From the human T2T-CHM13v2.0 reference genome, Homo sapiens: a stretch of DNA of 64,000 nt. Shown piece after piece: positions 30,875 through 42,980 of this stretch. The stretch is from assembly GCF_009914755.1 (NCBI RefSeq), contig NC_060934.1; one strand, written 5' to 3'. The first letter of the stretch is position 1, and every line of letters begins with the position of its first letter. The translations under genes were made by a program, and so were the position numbers. Below the pieces are notes generated by a model. That model saw nothing but the letters and a program-made list of their open reading frames with translations, was not told the origin of the DNA and did not search any database.

Positions 30875-31584
30875 CTGGGAAGAGAAGCAGAAATACCATA
30901 ATGCAGGAATCAGCCAGGACCTGCAGTAACAGCCCAGGCCCCAGCCCCACTGCTCAGCTGAAGGCACCCCAGACAGGGCTGAGGAGCCCATCTGCCCAGT
31001 CCCTGTGTGCAGAAGGGCGAGCTACAGAGCACGCATGTTCCTTGCCCAGGCTGACACTGGGGGTGTCGCATCCAGTTAAACCTCTCGCAAGGAGTGCCAA
31101 AACCATCGAGCTCTCACTCGCAATGGCACGAGGTGGGGACTGTGCTAATTTTACAGGTGGGGACGGGGTACAGGTGGCGTCAGGAACTTGACCAGGATGT
31201 AGGCTCAGAAGCTGCCCCACACTGTCCCCAGCCAGATGCCACGTGGACTACAATTGCTAAGGCTGTTTCTGCATCCCAAAGCCTGGAGGAGGCTCCTATC
31301 TCACTAAGGAGGGTTCCCAGGCCTCCTGAGTGTCTTAAAAGGCTTGACAACAAAGGCATAAAAGAGAACTGGCTAAAAGTGGAGGGACCTGAGTCCTCCC
31401 TCTGGGACCTTCAGCAAGCCTTGCTTCTTCCCTAGGCCTCAATAAAATGAGGTGGGACTGAACTACCATTCAGATCAAGTCTAGAATTTTGGGCCCACAC
31501 CCTCCAGTCTGGGTTCACAGTAATGAAAGACACCTTTGTGGGAGCCATCCAGGAAACATCAGGGGGTCCCTGAGCAGGCTGAAT

Positions 31585-31840
31585 ACAGACAGACAAGCAG
31601 ACAGGTAGGCAGGCAGGCCGGCAGGGAGGCAGGTAGGTGAACAGGTGGGCAGGCAGGTAGGTGAACAGGTGGGTAGGCGGGCAGGTATGCAGGTGGACAG
31701 GTAGGCAGGCAGGCAAGTGAGCAGGCGGGTAGGTGGACAGGTGGGCAGGCGGGCAGGTATGCAGGTGGACAAGTAGGCCGGTGGGCAGGTGGGCAGGCAG
31801 GTAGGTGGACAGGTGGGCAGGTGGGCAGGCGGGCAGGTAC
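31585..31840. repeat. GGCA/GGTA/GGTG tetramer-based tandem repeat with 72-bp higher-order period
   Basis: gcaggtatgcaggtggaca recurs at 31681 and 31753; abuts the exon 14 donor. Confidence 0.92.
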
Positions 31841-32004
31841 CTGAGCACCGGAACTTCTTGCTCTTGATCTGCCCGATGCGCTTGTTGGCGAGGCGCCGGG
31901 GACTGGCACAGCGGGCACCACTCGTCTCGATGGGATTGGTGCGCAGGAAGTCTGCCAGCCACTTGAGGTTACAGTCGCAAATGAAAGGGTTCTGGGCCAG
32001 GTGC
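31841..32004 (-). CDS. SLIT1: SLIT1 exon 14 (LRRCT of D2): [54 protein letters not shown]
   Basis: 164 nt, within ORF 31515..32066, gacag acceptor, gtacct donor. Confidence 0.97.
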
Positions 32005-32940
32005 CTGTCCAAAGCAGGCAGATCAGCTATGAGAAACAAGGGCTGCAAACCCGCGCTGACCTCCACCGGGACAGGGCCTCGTTGTGGCTGGGGCCAAGGA
32101 GGCTGCCTGTGGCCTGGAGCCTAGGGTCAGCCACGGGGGGAAAGAGAGAGTGGGGTGAACCCCCAGGGTGCAGCCCACCACCTCTGGAGAGGTCCTGCCA
32201 GCGCACTACAGGTGAAGGGTCTCTGCCACCCAGAGCTTCCTGCTGTCCTACTCCCCATCAAGCCTCATTCTGCCCCCTCTCTTTCCACTCACCTTTCCCT
32301 CTCTCTGCCCTGGGACATTTCACGAGCACGAGCGGAGACAGGAAGGACCCAGAGGCTGGCCAGAGCACCCCTGGCCTTTCACAGGCAAGGAAGCCAAAGC
32401 CCAGAGAGGGTAACAAAACCCAGGACTGCAGGCGCCCAGGCCACAGCCTCTGACCCTCCCCAGTGGCCATGGGCCCTGGTTTGTGCCCTTTCCTTCAGAC
32501 TCAGGTAGCAGCCTGTCTCCTATAGAGAGGGATGAGGCCAGGGTGGCCAGGCCTGCTGGAGTCCCTGGGCTTCACAGGGAGTCACCATCCCCACCCCAGG
32601 CCACAGGAGTGACCTCTCCTTGACCATTTTACAGCTGTCTGTCAACACAAAGAAAACTCGGAAATCATGACTGAGCAGCCCCTTGCTGGGGATTCACTCA
32701 GATTCTCTCCCAGGCTGCCTGTGTTGTCAGCAGGATAAATACGGGGATGGTGGCGGGGAGCAGATGGCCGTGATGGGTTGCTGTGTGCGACCCCATGCTG
32801 GCATGCCCACGGGTGGGCTCTGACAAACAGCGGGTTCAGACCAGCTACCTCTGAGCCACCACAGCACTGGGCATGCCCTGCTCATGGCTGTACAAACCGA
32901 GGCAGCCTGGGAAGAGCATTCCTACACCTGTCCTGGCTCT

Positions 32941-33052
32941 GGAGAATCGCTTGAACCCAGGGAGCAGAGGTTGCGGTGAGCTGAGATTGTGCCACTGCAC
33001 TCCAGCCTGGTCAACAAGAGCGAAACTCTGTCTCGAAAAGGAAAAAAAAAGA
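32941..33052 (+). mobile_element. 5'-truncated Alu (end of right arm)
   Basis: ggagaatcgcttgaaccc ... gcgaaactctgtctc plus A-tail. Confidence 0.9.
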
Positions 33053-34173
33053 AGTACGGGGAGACAGAGCAACAGGCCAACTCAAAGAGACTTGCCCTGC
33101 CATGGCCACTTTTCCTCCATCTAAGTGCCATCAGTTCAGGCCATCTGACTTACTGGTCTCAGCCCAGGCCCCTGCAAGGGGCTGCAGGACTCTCCAAGCA
33201 GATGAGTAAACCCTTGCCCAGGGTCTGTGCCCAGCTCAGCTCAGACCTTGGCGGTGCTCTCTGCCGTCCATCACCTCCTGGGCTCTGCCCTCTGGCCCCC
33301 CGGTTGGGAGCTGGGTCCCTGCCACCTCTCCTTTGCAGTGTCTTTCCCTATTTCCCACCTGAGTTCTTGCTCCTCTCAGCTCCACCAGGTGGACCAGGTC
33401 CCTCCCACCTCTTCTGCATCAAGCTCAACATTCATTTCCCCTTTTAAACTTTCAGTTTGCACAGAGAGGATGTGTTTGCTGATATCCTGGGGGCAGAGTT
33501 TGTAGCTAATTTAAAACATACCAGGATTTAAGGACTGCTTATGACTCCTCCCCAGCTGCCCATCCACATCTGGCTGTGCCTCAGTGCCTCAGCCCCTGCC
33601 TGAACCAATTGCTTCCCTTTATTACCATCTTGGCAGAAAACTGTGTAGTCAATCCAATTGTGTTGTTTAGGCATGTATTAAAATACTCAAGGTGTGTGGT
33701 GTAGAATATCTCCTTTCTAAAAACAGGCTGTGCCAGAAACAACCTATAAAACTTGAACCACCCACAGAGACAGGTGGCTTCTGTACAAACTTTAGTATTT
33801 TATACAAATTAGAATTTTTAACAGTTTCAAAGAGCAGGAAGCTGGAAAGAGAGAACACTCAAGAGGAAGAAAAAAAATTCATTTGGGAAAAAATAATCGT
33901 GTTAAAGGAACACCCAAAAACGTGCTGCATATGTGGCCACGCAGCTGCCTCCCTGAACAGTTCTGGCAGTGGAAGGAAAGGAAGAGAGGACTGATTCTCA
34001 GTGTCTTTGTAGATGTATGCATTAAGGAGTCACAGCTAAAAATCTTTGGAGGCAGAGGCTCAAAAGCATTAGTCATTAGGGAAATGCAAATTAAAACCAC
34101 AATGAGATACCACTTCACACCCACTAGGATGGCTAGAATCAAAATGCAAAAAAAAAAAAAAAGACAAACAATA

Positions 34174-34333
34174 CCAAGTGTTGGTGAGGCTGAGAATGAG
34201 AGAAATTTGGAGCCCTCATAATACACCACTGGTGGGAATGTAAAATAGTACAGCCAAGTGTTGGTGAGGATTAGAATGAGAGAAATTTGGAGCCTTCATA
34301 ATACACCACTGGTGGGAATGTAAAATAGTACCG
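34174..34333. repeat. 80-bp tandem duplication within the L1
   Basis: copies 34174-34253 and 34254-34333, 4 mismatches. Confidence 0.95.
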
Positions 34334-34422
34334 CCACTTTGGAAAACACTGGCAGTTTCTTTAAAAAAGTTAAACAGGAATCTACCATATGAACCAGAAA
34401 TTCCAAAAGAAATGAAAATGTT

Positions 34423-34719
34423 GGTCGGGCGCGGTGGCTCACGCCTGTAATCCCAGCACTTTGTGAGGCCGAGGTGGGTGGATCACGAGGTCAGGAGTTC
34501 AAGATCAGCCTGACCAAGATGGTGAAACCCCGTCTCTACTAAAAATACAAAAAGAATTAGCCGGGCATGGTGGTGGGCACCTGTAATCCCAGCTACTTGG
34601 GAGGCTGAGGCAGAGAATTGCTTAAACCTCGGAGGTGGAGGATGCAGTGAGCCGAGATCGTGCCACTGCACTCCAGCCTGGGCGACAGAGTGAAACTCCA
34701 TCTCAAAAAAAAAAAAAAA
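34423..34719 (+). mobile_element. Alu (AluS-like)
   Basis: Alu dimer; TSD aagaaa(t/g)gaaaatgtt. Confidence 0.95.
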
Positions 34720-34982
34720 AAGAAAGGAAAATGTTGGTCCACACAAAGATTTGTGAGTGAATATTCATAGCAACATTGTTCATAATGTCCCCAAAGTGGA
34801 AACCACCCCAAATGTCCATCACCTGGAATGGACAAGCAAATTGTGGTCTATTTACACAATGGAAAAATTATTTGGCGATCAAAAGGAACAAAGTACTGAT
34901 ACATGCTACAATATGAATGAGCCTCAAAAACGTTATGCTAAAGAAATAAGTCAGTCACAAAAGATGGCATATTGTATGATTC

Positions 34983-35294
34983 GGTTTTTTTTTGTTTGTT
35001 TTTTTTTTTTTTTGGAGTCGGTCTCAGGCTGTCACCCAGCCTGTGTGCAGTGGTGCAATCAGCTCATTGCATCCTTGAACTCCTGGGCTCAGGGAATCCT
35101 CCCACCTCAGCCTCTTGAGTACTTGGGACCACAGGCATGCACCACCACACCTGGCTAATTTTTAAGAATTTTGTGTAGAGATGGGGATCTCACTATGTTG
35201 CCCAGGCTAGTCTCAAACTCCTGGCCTCAGGTGATCTGCCCACCTCAGCCTCCCAAAGCACTGGGATTACAGGTGTGAGCCACTGCACCTGGCC
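34983..35294 (-). mobile_element. Alu (AluJ-like)
   Basis: Alu dimer; TSD tgtatgattc at 34973-34982 and 35295-35304. Confidence 0.93.
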
Positions 35295-36751
35295 TGTATG
35301 ATTCCATTTTTATGAAATGTTCAGAAAAGGCAATCTACAGAGAAAGGAAATAGATCAGTGATGGCCAGCAGCTGAGTCTGGAAATGGGGACAAGGGATTT
35401 GGAAGGGAAGGTGATGGAAACGTTCTAAAGTTGAATCGTAGTGATAGTTGAATTCTGGAAATTTACTAAAAATCACTGAATTGTATACTTAGAACAGGTG
35501 AACTTTATGGCATGTAAGTTATACCTCAATAGAGCTGTTTCTTTTTTTTAAATGTTAAATCTCTTGGGGCAAGTAAAACTGCAGCAAAATCAATGCTGTT
35601 ACACAGGGACTTCGCCACAGATCTTGGAGCTACGGACAAATCAAACATGATTTGGTAAATTTAAATCTGCTCAGGTTTAATAAAATAAGACTCAGTCAAG
35701 AAACTGAACCACTTGAGGTTGTAATAATAGTACCTGATAGTACCTTGGATTTCTATTTCTTTTATTCTTATTCCAAGTTGTAGTTCAGTTGTTAACATCT
35801 AATAGATGTGCATGAAAGTTCAGTGTTGCTTTACAGCCTTCAATAATGAGCTCTGTTCTTACAGAAAAAGCACAATTAAAGGGGCAGCTAAGTAATTTCT
35901 TGGTGATGGCGAAGAGATGCCTGAGATCAAATTCCTGTTTTACCGGATGTTCTGCAACATTGGGTGTGTCACATAACCTCTCTCAGTCTTTGTTTTAGGT
36001 AAAATCAGGATGATAAAGCACCTACCTTCATAGCATCACTGTAAGTATTAAGATAATACATGCAAAGAACAGTGGCTCACATGAGTCTCTCATTCCCATT
36101 CCCCATCCCCAAGGTTTTCCTGTGTGTGAGTCCCCGGCCAGTAAATCTCCTTAGCATGTTTCTCTCAGACATTCTGCCAGCTGCTTAAAATAGTCCACCT
36201 TGCCAGTGTCTCCCTGTACCCTCTAATTTCACATACTTGGCAAGGTTTCCCCATGGGGCTTCCTCTTTGTCTCCCTGGCTATAAGTAAATTAATTGGGAG
36301 GAGTTGGGCTGCAGGCAAATTTGTGGGCTTTAATGAGTTTGTCTTTGTGGCTGACATCTCTGGTGATGTGCAGAGTCCCCAGGGGTCACGAGCTGTACCT
36401 TTTACTCAGCCTGTTTGGAACCTATCCCAATACCCCATGTAGATGTTATCTGATGAAGAGCACTGCCTGGCATAGACAGGGGCAGGGATTACAGCGACAA
36501 CAATGGACCCAATAATATTAATAATTAATGCTCATTAAATGCACACCACAGAACCCACAAGTCAGCACATCCTGCCTAACTGCAGGCTCAGAATTAAAGA
36601 TGTAGATGAAGGGGACCATTTAATTGCCTAAGTTTAACCACACAACAGATGAGAATTTTCCTTACGTGGAAACATTCCAGTTAAATATAAGGATTCTGTT
36701 TTAAAGCATAGTCACAACTGCATTAGAAATGAAAAAAGAATGTTAGAATTC

Positions 36752-37374
36752 TGATATGGTTTGGATGTTCGTCCCCACCAAACCTCATGTTGAAATGTAA
36801 TCCCCAGTGTTGGAGGCGGGGCCTGATGGGAGGTGTTCGGATCGGTGTTCGGTGTTTGGTTGAATTTGTATCAGTCTGCTTTTGTGTTTCTATAAAGGAA
36901 TACCTGAGACTAGGTAATTTATAAAGAAAAGAGGTTTACTGGGCTGAGAGTTCTGTGGGCTGGACGAGTATGGCACCAACAACCGCTCGGCTTCTGGTGA
37001 GCCTCAGGAAGCTTACAATCGTGGCAGAAGGCGAAGCAAGACTAGGCATAAGAGTGGATCCCTCATGAATGGCTTGGTGCTGCCCTTGTGATAATGAGTG
37101 AGTTCTTACTCTGAGCTCATGCAAGATCTGATTATTTAAAAGAGCATGGCACTCCCCCTCCCTCTCTTGCTCCTCCTCTTGTCACGTGACGTGCCTACCC
37201 TTGCTTCGCCTTCTGCCATGATTGTAAGCTTCCTGAGGCCTCACCAGAAGCCAAGCAGATGTTGGTGCCGTATGTGTACACCCCACGGAACTGTCAGCCA
37301 AGTAAACCTCTTTTCTTTATAGATTACCTAGTCTCTGGTATTCCTTGATAGTAACACAAAAACAGACTGATACA
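36752..37374 (+). mobile_element. MST (MaLR) solo LTR with internal inverted duplication
   Basis: tgatatggtttggat start, gactgataca end, TSD aattc at 36747-36751 and 37375-37379. Confidence 0.88.
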
Positions 37375-37807
37375 AATTCAAAATCACCATTTCAGGATTG
37401 CTAATGAATTAATGGGTTCAAGCACTGAGATCAATGGCTGTTTTTATTACAAAAGGGAGACAGCCAGACATCTGTCTGCCTTCTGACGGGAAGTCCACAA
37501 TCCCATCTATAAAATCATCTTGCCAAATAAATCAATCAAAACTGAACCTGACCGAGCTCCTAGATCCAATTTTCAATCTGCAGGATACAGAGAAGACAGA
37601 GGAACATGTGAAACTACACCACAGGGAAGCAATCAACAAAGTCTAGACCCTACAGAACCAATGATGCAGTGTCTTCAACAAATCAGTTACAAGGAAAAGA
37701 GAAATGGAGAGGACACATAGATAAACAGCAACTTAAGAGGTACATCAACCAACATAAACCAACATCAGCCAGTTATATTGCACAGGCTTTATTTAAATCC
37801 TGATTCA

Positions 37808-38167
<360 letters not shown>

Positions 38168-38266
38168 TCAACACTAATTAGATACTCAATGATATTAAGG
38201 AATTAATTATACAGGATTGGAAGCTGGGTGATGAAAACTTGGGGGTTCACCATACATAGCACTCTG

Positions 38267-38564
38267 TTTTTTTTTGAAACAGGGTCTCTCCGTTGCCCAG
38301 GTGGGAGTGCAGGGGGTGTGGCCACATGTCACTGTAGCCTGAACCTCCTGGGCTCAAGCAATCATCCTACTTTAGCCTCCCAGGTAGCTGGGACTACAGG
38401 TATGTGCCATCATACCTGGCTACTTTTTTAAAAAAAATTTCTTGTGGAGATGGGGTGCCCAGCCCTGTTACCTAGGCTGGTATTGAACTCCTGGGCTCAA
38501 GCAATCCTCCTGCCTCAGCCTCCCAGAGTGTTGGGATTAGAGGCATGAGCCACCATGCCCGGCC
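38267..38564 (-). mobile_element. Alu (AluJ-like)
   Basis: Alu dimer on minus strand. Confidence 0.9.
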
Positions 38565-38670
38565 CACAGTACTACTCTTAATCTGCTTATAATTTTCCAC
38601 AATAAAATATTACAACAAATTACCAGATTTATTGCTCTCTAATTTTTTTATTCACAGTCACCATTGTCAT

Positions 38671-38850
38671 TACCGTATTTCATCTGATTTGACATTATGA
38701 ATTGTAAGAGGCACTACTATTTTTTGTACTATCAATAAAGAACAAAATGCTGCCAACTAAGTGATGTACCACTGATTATAACATGCATCCCAGTTTCAGA
38801 GCTGTTAACGTGGAAACAACATGTGTCTTAGAATCAGCGCGATATATTAT
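38671..38850. mobile_element. TcMar-type MITE (MER104/Kanga-like)
   Basis: taccgtatttcatc start and gtcttagaatc end resemble the family TIR. Confidence 0.5.
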
Positions 38851-39215
38851 CATCATCATCACCATCAATATTATTGTTAGCTAAAGGCAGCATTTATCAA
38901 GCACTTGTGATGAGCTAAGCTTCATACAAACATCCTCCTTAATCTCATAACAACCCTATGGGAAGGCATCCCCATCTTACGGATAAATAAAAATGAGGCC
39001 CAGAGAAGCTGCCCAGAATCACACAGCCAATAAGAGGCCTAGGTGGACTTTGAACCTAGGACGGTCTAACCCAGGTCTGTGTCCTTCCTCTGTAAGAGGC
39101 CACCCCCAGTGAGCACAGCAGCCCAGAGCCGGAGAGCTGCCTGTCCCTGGAGGCTGCAACCTCCCCCAGGCCCACCTGCTGGGAGGGGAGAAGAAGAAGG
39201 CATCAGGGCACTCAC

Positions 39216-39359
39216 AGAGTCTGGATGGCCCGCAGGGAGGTGAAAGTGCCCTTGGCGAGGCTCTGGATCTTGTTGTCATACAGGGAGAGCAGTGAGAGGT
39301 TCTGCAGGTCCTGGAAGGCATCGGGCCGGATGCAGTTGATCTTGTTGGCATTCAGGAGC
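39216..39359 (-). CDS. SLIT1: SLIT1 exon 13 (2 LRRs): [48 protein letters not shown]
   Basis: 144 nt, cacag acceptor, gtgagt donor. Confidence 0.97.
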
Positions 39360-40103
39360 CTGTGGGCAGAGCCAGGACCAAGTGGTGAGGAGAGAGGCTC
39401 GACCTGAGACCCATCTCAGGTCCTGGGCACCTTCTTCAGTCCCGGCCTGCGTTATTACAGGGAGGAGCCCATCGGAGCAGGCCCAGGGAATCTGCCCTCT
39501 GGATGTCTGCCCCACGGAGAGGGGCCCGGAACTCCGACTGCCTTCTCCATGCATAGGGACATCTTGGTCAACCCACTCGTCTCTCTTTCCAAGAACTGCT
39601 AGAGATGCCCTGTGGGATTCCGGGAAAGCAGAGAGCCACCTTGTGAAGGCATTTTTGGGGGGGCTCCTCCTCCTTCCCAGAGGTCCATTGGGTTCCCCAG
39701 GCAGCTGAGTTGGAGCATTTGTGTTCTATGCCTCTTGAGCCCTGGGAGACAATCCCTGCCTGAAAGTTCATGGTTCAAGGAGGCCGAGCTGGCCTGGGTG
39801 TCCCCCCTGCAGGAGAAAGCTCTGTCCCCAGCCACACCAAGCTCCTCAGGAGCACGGGCCGAGTCTCAGGAGCCTCTCTGCTTTGGCATCCTGTGAGCAG
39901 CTCTGAAGCTGCCTCTACCTCCTTCTCTAGCCTCTGCAGAGCCCTGGAGACTTTCTCAGCCCTAGTGGGTCTGCCTGTCTTCCAAGCTCATTGTCTCAAT
40001 TGAGTCCCATACCCAAGAGAGGCCTAAAGGGACAGTCTAGCAGGCCAGAGGAAAGCTGGCCCTTCCCTGGGTCCCACCCAAGACACCCAGGATTCGTTCT
40101 TAC

Positions 40104-40175
40104 AGGAGCTGTAGGGTGTATAGGCCTCCAAACACACCACGGGGGAGGTCTGTGATCTTGTTTCCATAGAGGACC
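40104..40175 (-). CDS. SLIT1: SLIT1 exon 12 (LRR): [24 protein letters not shown]
   Basis: 72 nt, tccag acceptor, gtaaga donor. Confidence 0.97.
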
Positions 40176-42353
40176 CTGGAGAAAAGGCAGCAGAGAGGAG
40201 GGTTAGAGGACAGCCCACCAGGGCAATAGCACAACTCTGCAGACGGCCCCAGCTCAACAGCGCTGCCCCTAAGCCATTTACATGGAGCACATCCTAATGG
40301 TGTATATTTGTTATAGCAACTTGTCCACAGATGACAGTAAAGTGTCTTAAGAAAGCGTTGCCTGCTTCTTGGCGTAAAGTGCCCTATGGGCTAGAGATGC
40401 CCCTGACTCCAATCACTAACAAAGCAGCTCCTGCTTCACCGCCCTCACACGTGGACCCCACAGAAGGCTGCAAAGGGGCACTTCCTGGGAAATTCATCTG
40501 GTCCAGAATCCAAAAGGAGATTGTTGAGAGAAGAGAAAATCCCATGGGCAGGAATAATTAACATATTTTCAGAGAGTTACAGGAAAAAATAGAATGCCAG
40601 ACGGCATATGCAGTGTGAGATCCGGATGGTGGGACTTCAAGCATTTTTTTTTTATACTTTAGCATTTTCAAAGTTTTCTGCATTGAGCATGAATTCCATG
40701 TATAGGTTTTTTAAAAAAACAAAAGTTCAAAAAAACACATGTAGACATGGGTGGGTTCAGGAGGACAGTGAAAACATCCAGGAGGTTTGGGGAGGGGGGT
40801 TGTATGCCATTCCCAATATCATAGTCGGACCCCACAAGCTACCCTCGTAAACGTTCAAGCTGAGTAAAAAATCCTGGGTACTTCCTCTTCAAACATGGCT
40901 TCAAGGTCATTCCTGGAGTGAGGCACAGCAACAGCAAAGGCCCTGCAGTGGGAGCTGTGTGTGCCTGTCGTGTGTGGACAGGTGACGGGGCCAGTGTGGC
41001 TGGAATGGAGGGAACAAATGGGACAGTAACTTGGTCTTTACCCAGCCAGCATCAGGAAGCCACTGAGACAGCATCAGATTCCCATTTCAGAAACACCCCT
41101 CAAGCTGCTGGGTGGGAAATGGAGCAGAGGGGGCAGGAACTGAAGCAGGGAGGCAAGGTCAGGGCTGGCCGAGGTAGACACTGTTGATGGGGTGTACTGG
41201 AATCATCCACATTCCTATATGCAGGGAGGTGGCTGTGACCAGGTACCCATGAACAACAGAAATCCACTTGGTTGGGTTATTCACTTTTACCTTTTTAGAC
41301 TGCCATGTTCCAACTTAGGAGAGCTTTATTCACTTCTCAGAGGAAGGGCCCTGCATTTTGGCAGGCCACCTTCAGAATCTGATCTCCTCAGCCAATGACA
41401 ACGATCCCTCACCAGGCTATCATGTACAGCTGTGTAGGGTGTACACTGCACAACTTCAGGGGTGCCATTCATAATTGGCCCCACCCTCTACTTGGACTCT
41501 GCTCCAAGAAAAGATGGCATACACAGAAGGCACTGAGCTGGCAGGCTCCTGCACTCCCCGGGGGAGTTCTATTCCGTTGTACTTGCCAGGCCTCTAGTCT
41601 ATGCCAAGCATGAGTCCTGTGCTGCCAAGGAGCAGGTGAAAACACTCATCCCCTAGAGTAACAAATGGCCCCTCCTACAGGGAGCTCGCCCAACTCCAGG
41701 GCACCCTGAGTGTGCTCTCTGTACAGACAAAGTGCTGTAGGACCTCGGGTAGTGAGGCCCTTGGTGAGTGGGAGAGGGAGGTGCTTCACTACCTTTTGTA
41801 TGTTTTATTGACAGACTTCCCCAGTAGATCCTGAAGGAAGGGAAATACTGAAGGAGGAGCGGGCAAACACTGTCCTAGCAGCACCCACCACATCTTGGGA
41901 TTCATTACATTTGGGATAAAAGATAGCAAGTTGTGGCAGATGTCACAACTGGAGCTGGTGCTCACTGGCCCTGCGGTGACTGCAGAGGCCTCAGGAGCAC
42001 AGCATGCTGGGCTTCGGGCGGGGGACGGGGCCAAGATGGTTGTGCAAAGAATGCTGGGAAAATCCTCACTGTGGCAGGGAGTGCATCCCAGTTGCCAGGG
42101 GCAACAGCTCTGCCTAGCTTCTCCACACTTCTCCCGCTCCCAGCGTCGGAGGGTCCACCAGTGAGGAAGAGGGAGCTGGAACAGCAAACCCTTTGCAGCC
42201 AAAGGATGACCCACTGAGGCTGGGGTGGGCAGGGGCTGTGTGGAGGGGGGCATAGCCCTGCTCCTCCTCCTGCATCCACCAGGACCCTGGGCCCTGCCAG
42301 CCTCCTCAGGGGATGCCCTGGGCCACTGAGGAAGCCTTGGCACTGCTACTCAC

Positions 42354-42425
42354 AGCGAGTTCAGGGAGCGGAGGCCCTGGAAGGCGTCGGGTGCAATCTC
42401 AGCGATCTGATTGTTGCTCAGGTCT
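42354..42425 (-). CDS. SLIT1: SLIT1 exon 11 (LRR): [24 protein letters not shown]
   Basis: 72 nt, tgcag acceptor, gtgagt donor. Confidence 0.97.
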
Positions 42426-42980
42426 CTGCAAGGTGAGCAGAAGGAGAGGGGGCATCTGAATCCCTCAACAGCCACTAAGCCCTGCCCAGTCCCCTCCACC
42501 TCCTAGATGTCACAGGAGCAGGGTGGAGTGCTTTGAAATGAGAATAGTGAGAGGCCAGATCTCTCCTCCATTTGAAAAGCCCATGGCCGCTATTTCCCTG
42601 TGCAGTCTAAGGGCTGGGCAGGAGGGGGCACTCCAGCTTGGGAAGTTATGGACAAAGCTTTCCCATGCATCCTGGCAGTCTCCTAGCCCCCTCCCATCCT
42701 TAATTGCTCCTATTGGTACCCAAGCTGAAACGGGAGGATGACAAGCAGCTCCCATCACAGGCCAGGCTCAGGCTCAGCACTCCCTTCAGGCCTCACGATA
42801 GCCCTGCAAGGAGGTCCCCGCATCACAGCCAAGCAGCCTGAAGGGCAGGAAGGTCAGGTGGCTGGCCAAGGCCACTCAGCTGTGGGGGGCTGAGTTAGGG
42901 CCTGCCCCAGGGCTGTGGGACCACCCAGGATCTCCGTCAGCCCTGTACCAGCTCCCCAGGAAGCAGTGGGAGGCACTCAC

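Larger units (their letters stand above)
34055..35555 (+). mobile_element. L1M (L1MB-like) 3' portion containing two Alus
   Basis: gaaatgcaaattaaaaccacaatgagataccac ORF2 end; tatacctcaatagagctgtt 3' end; diverged TSD at 34037-34054 and 35556-35571. Confidence 0.85.
33660..35870 (+). mobile_element. CR1/L3 RT relic split by an L1M insertion (pieces ~33660-34054 and ~35556-35870)
   Basis: HLGKNN..RSCL, ESQLKIF, MCMKVQCC resemble CR1 HLE.NN..GRSCL, ESMLIKFADD, LNMSQQC; frame continuous across the insertion. Confidence 0.55.

Noticed and set aside
31472-31479. CUUGAUCU match to miR-218, which SLIT2 and SLIT3 host in the equivalent intron region
   Set aside because: Only 8 nt, no seed, no hairpin partner, and the context looks MIR-derived; I saw no miR-218 precursor in introns 14-15.
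31432-31962. Pro/Cys-rich ORFs open in several frames
   Set aside because: Result of a stop-free tandem repeat, not an independent gene.
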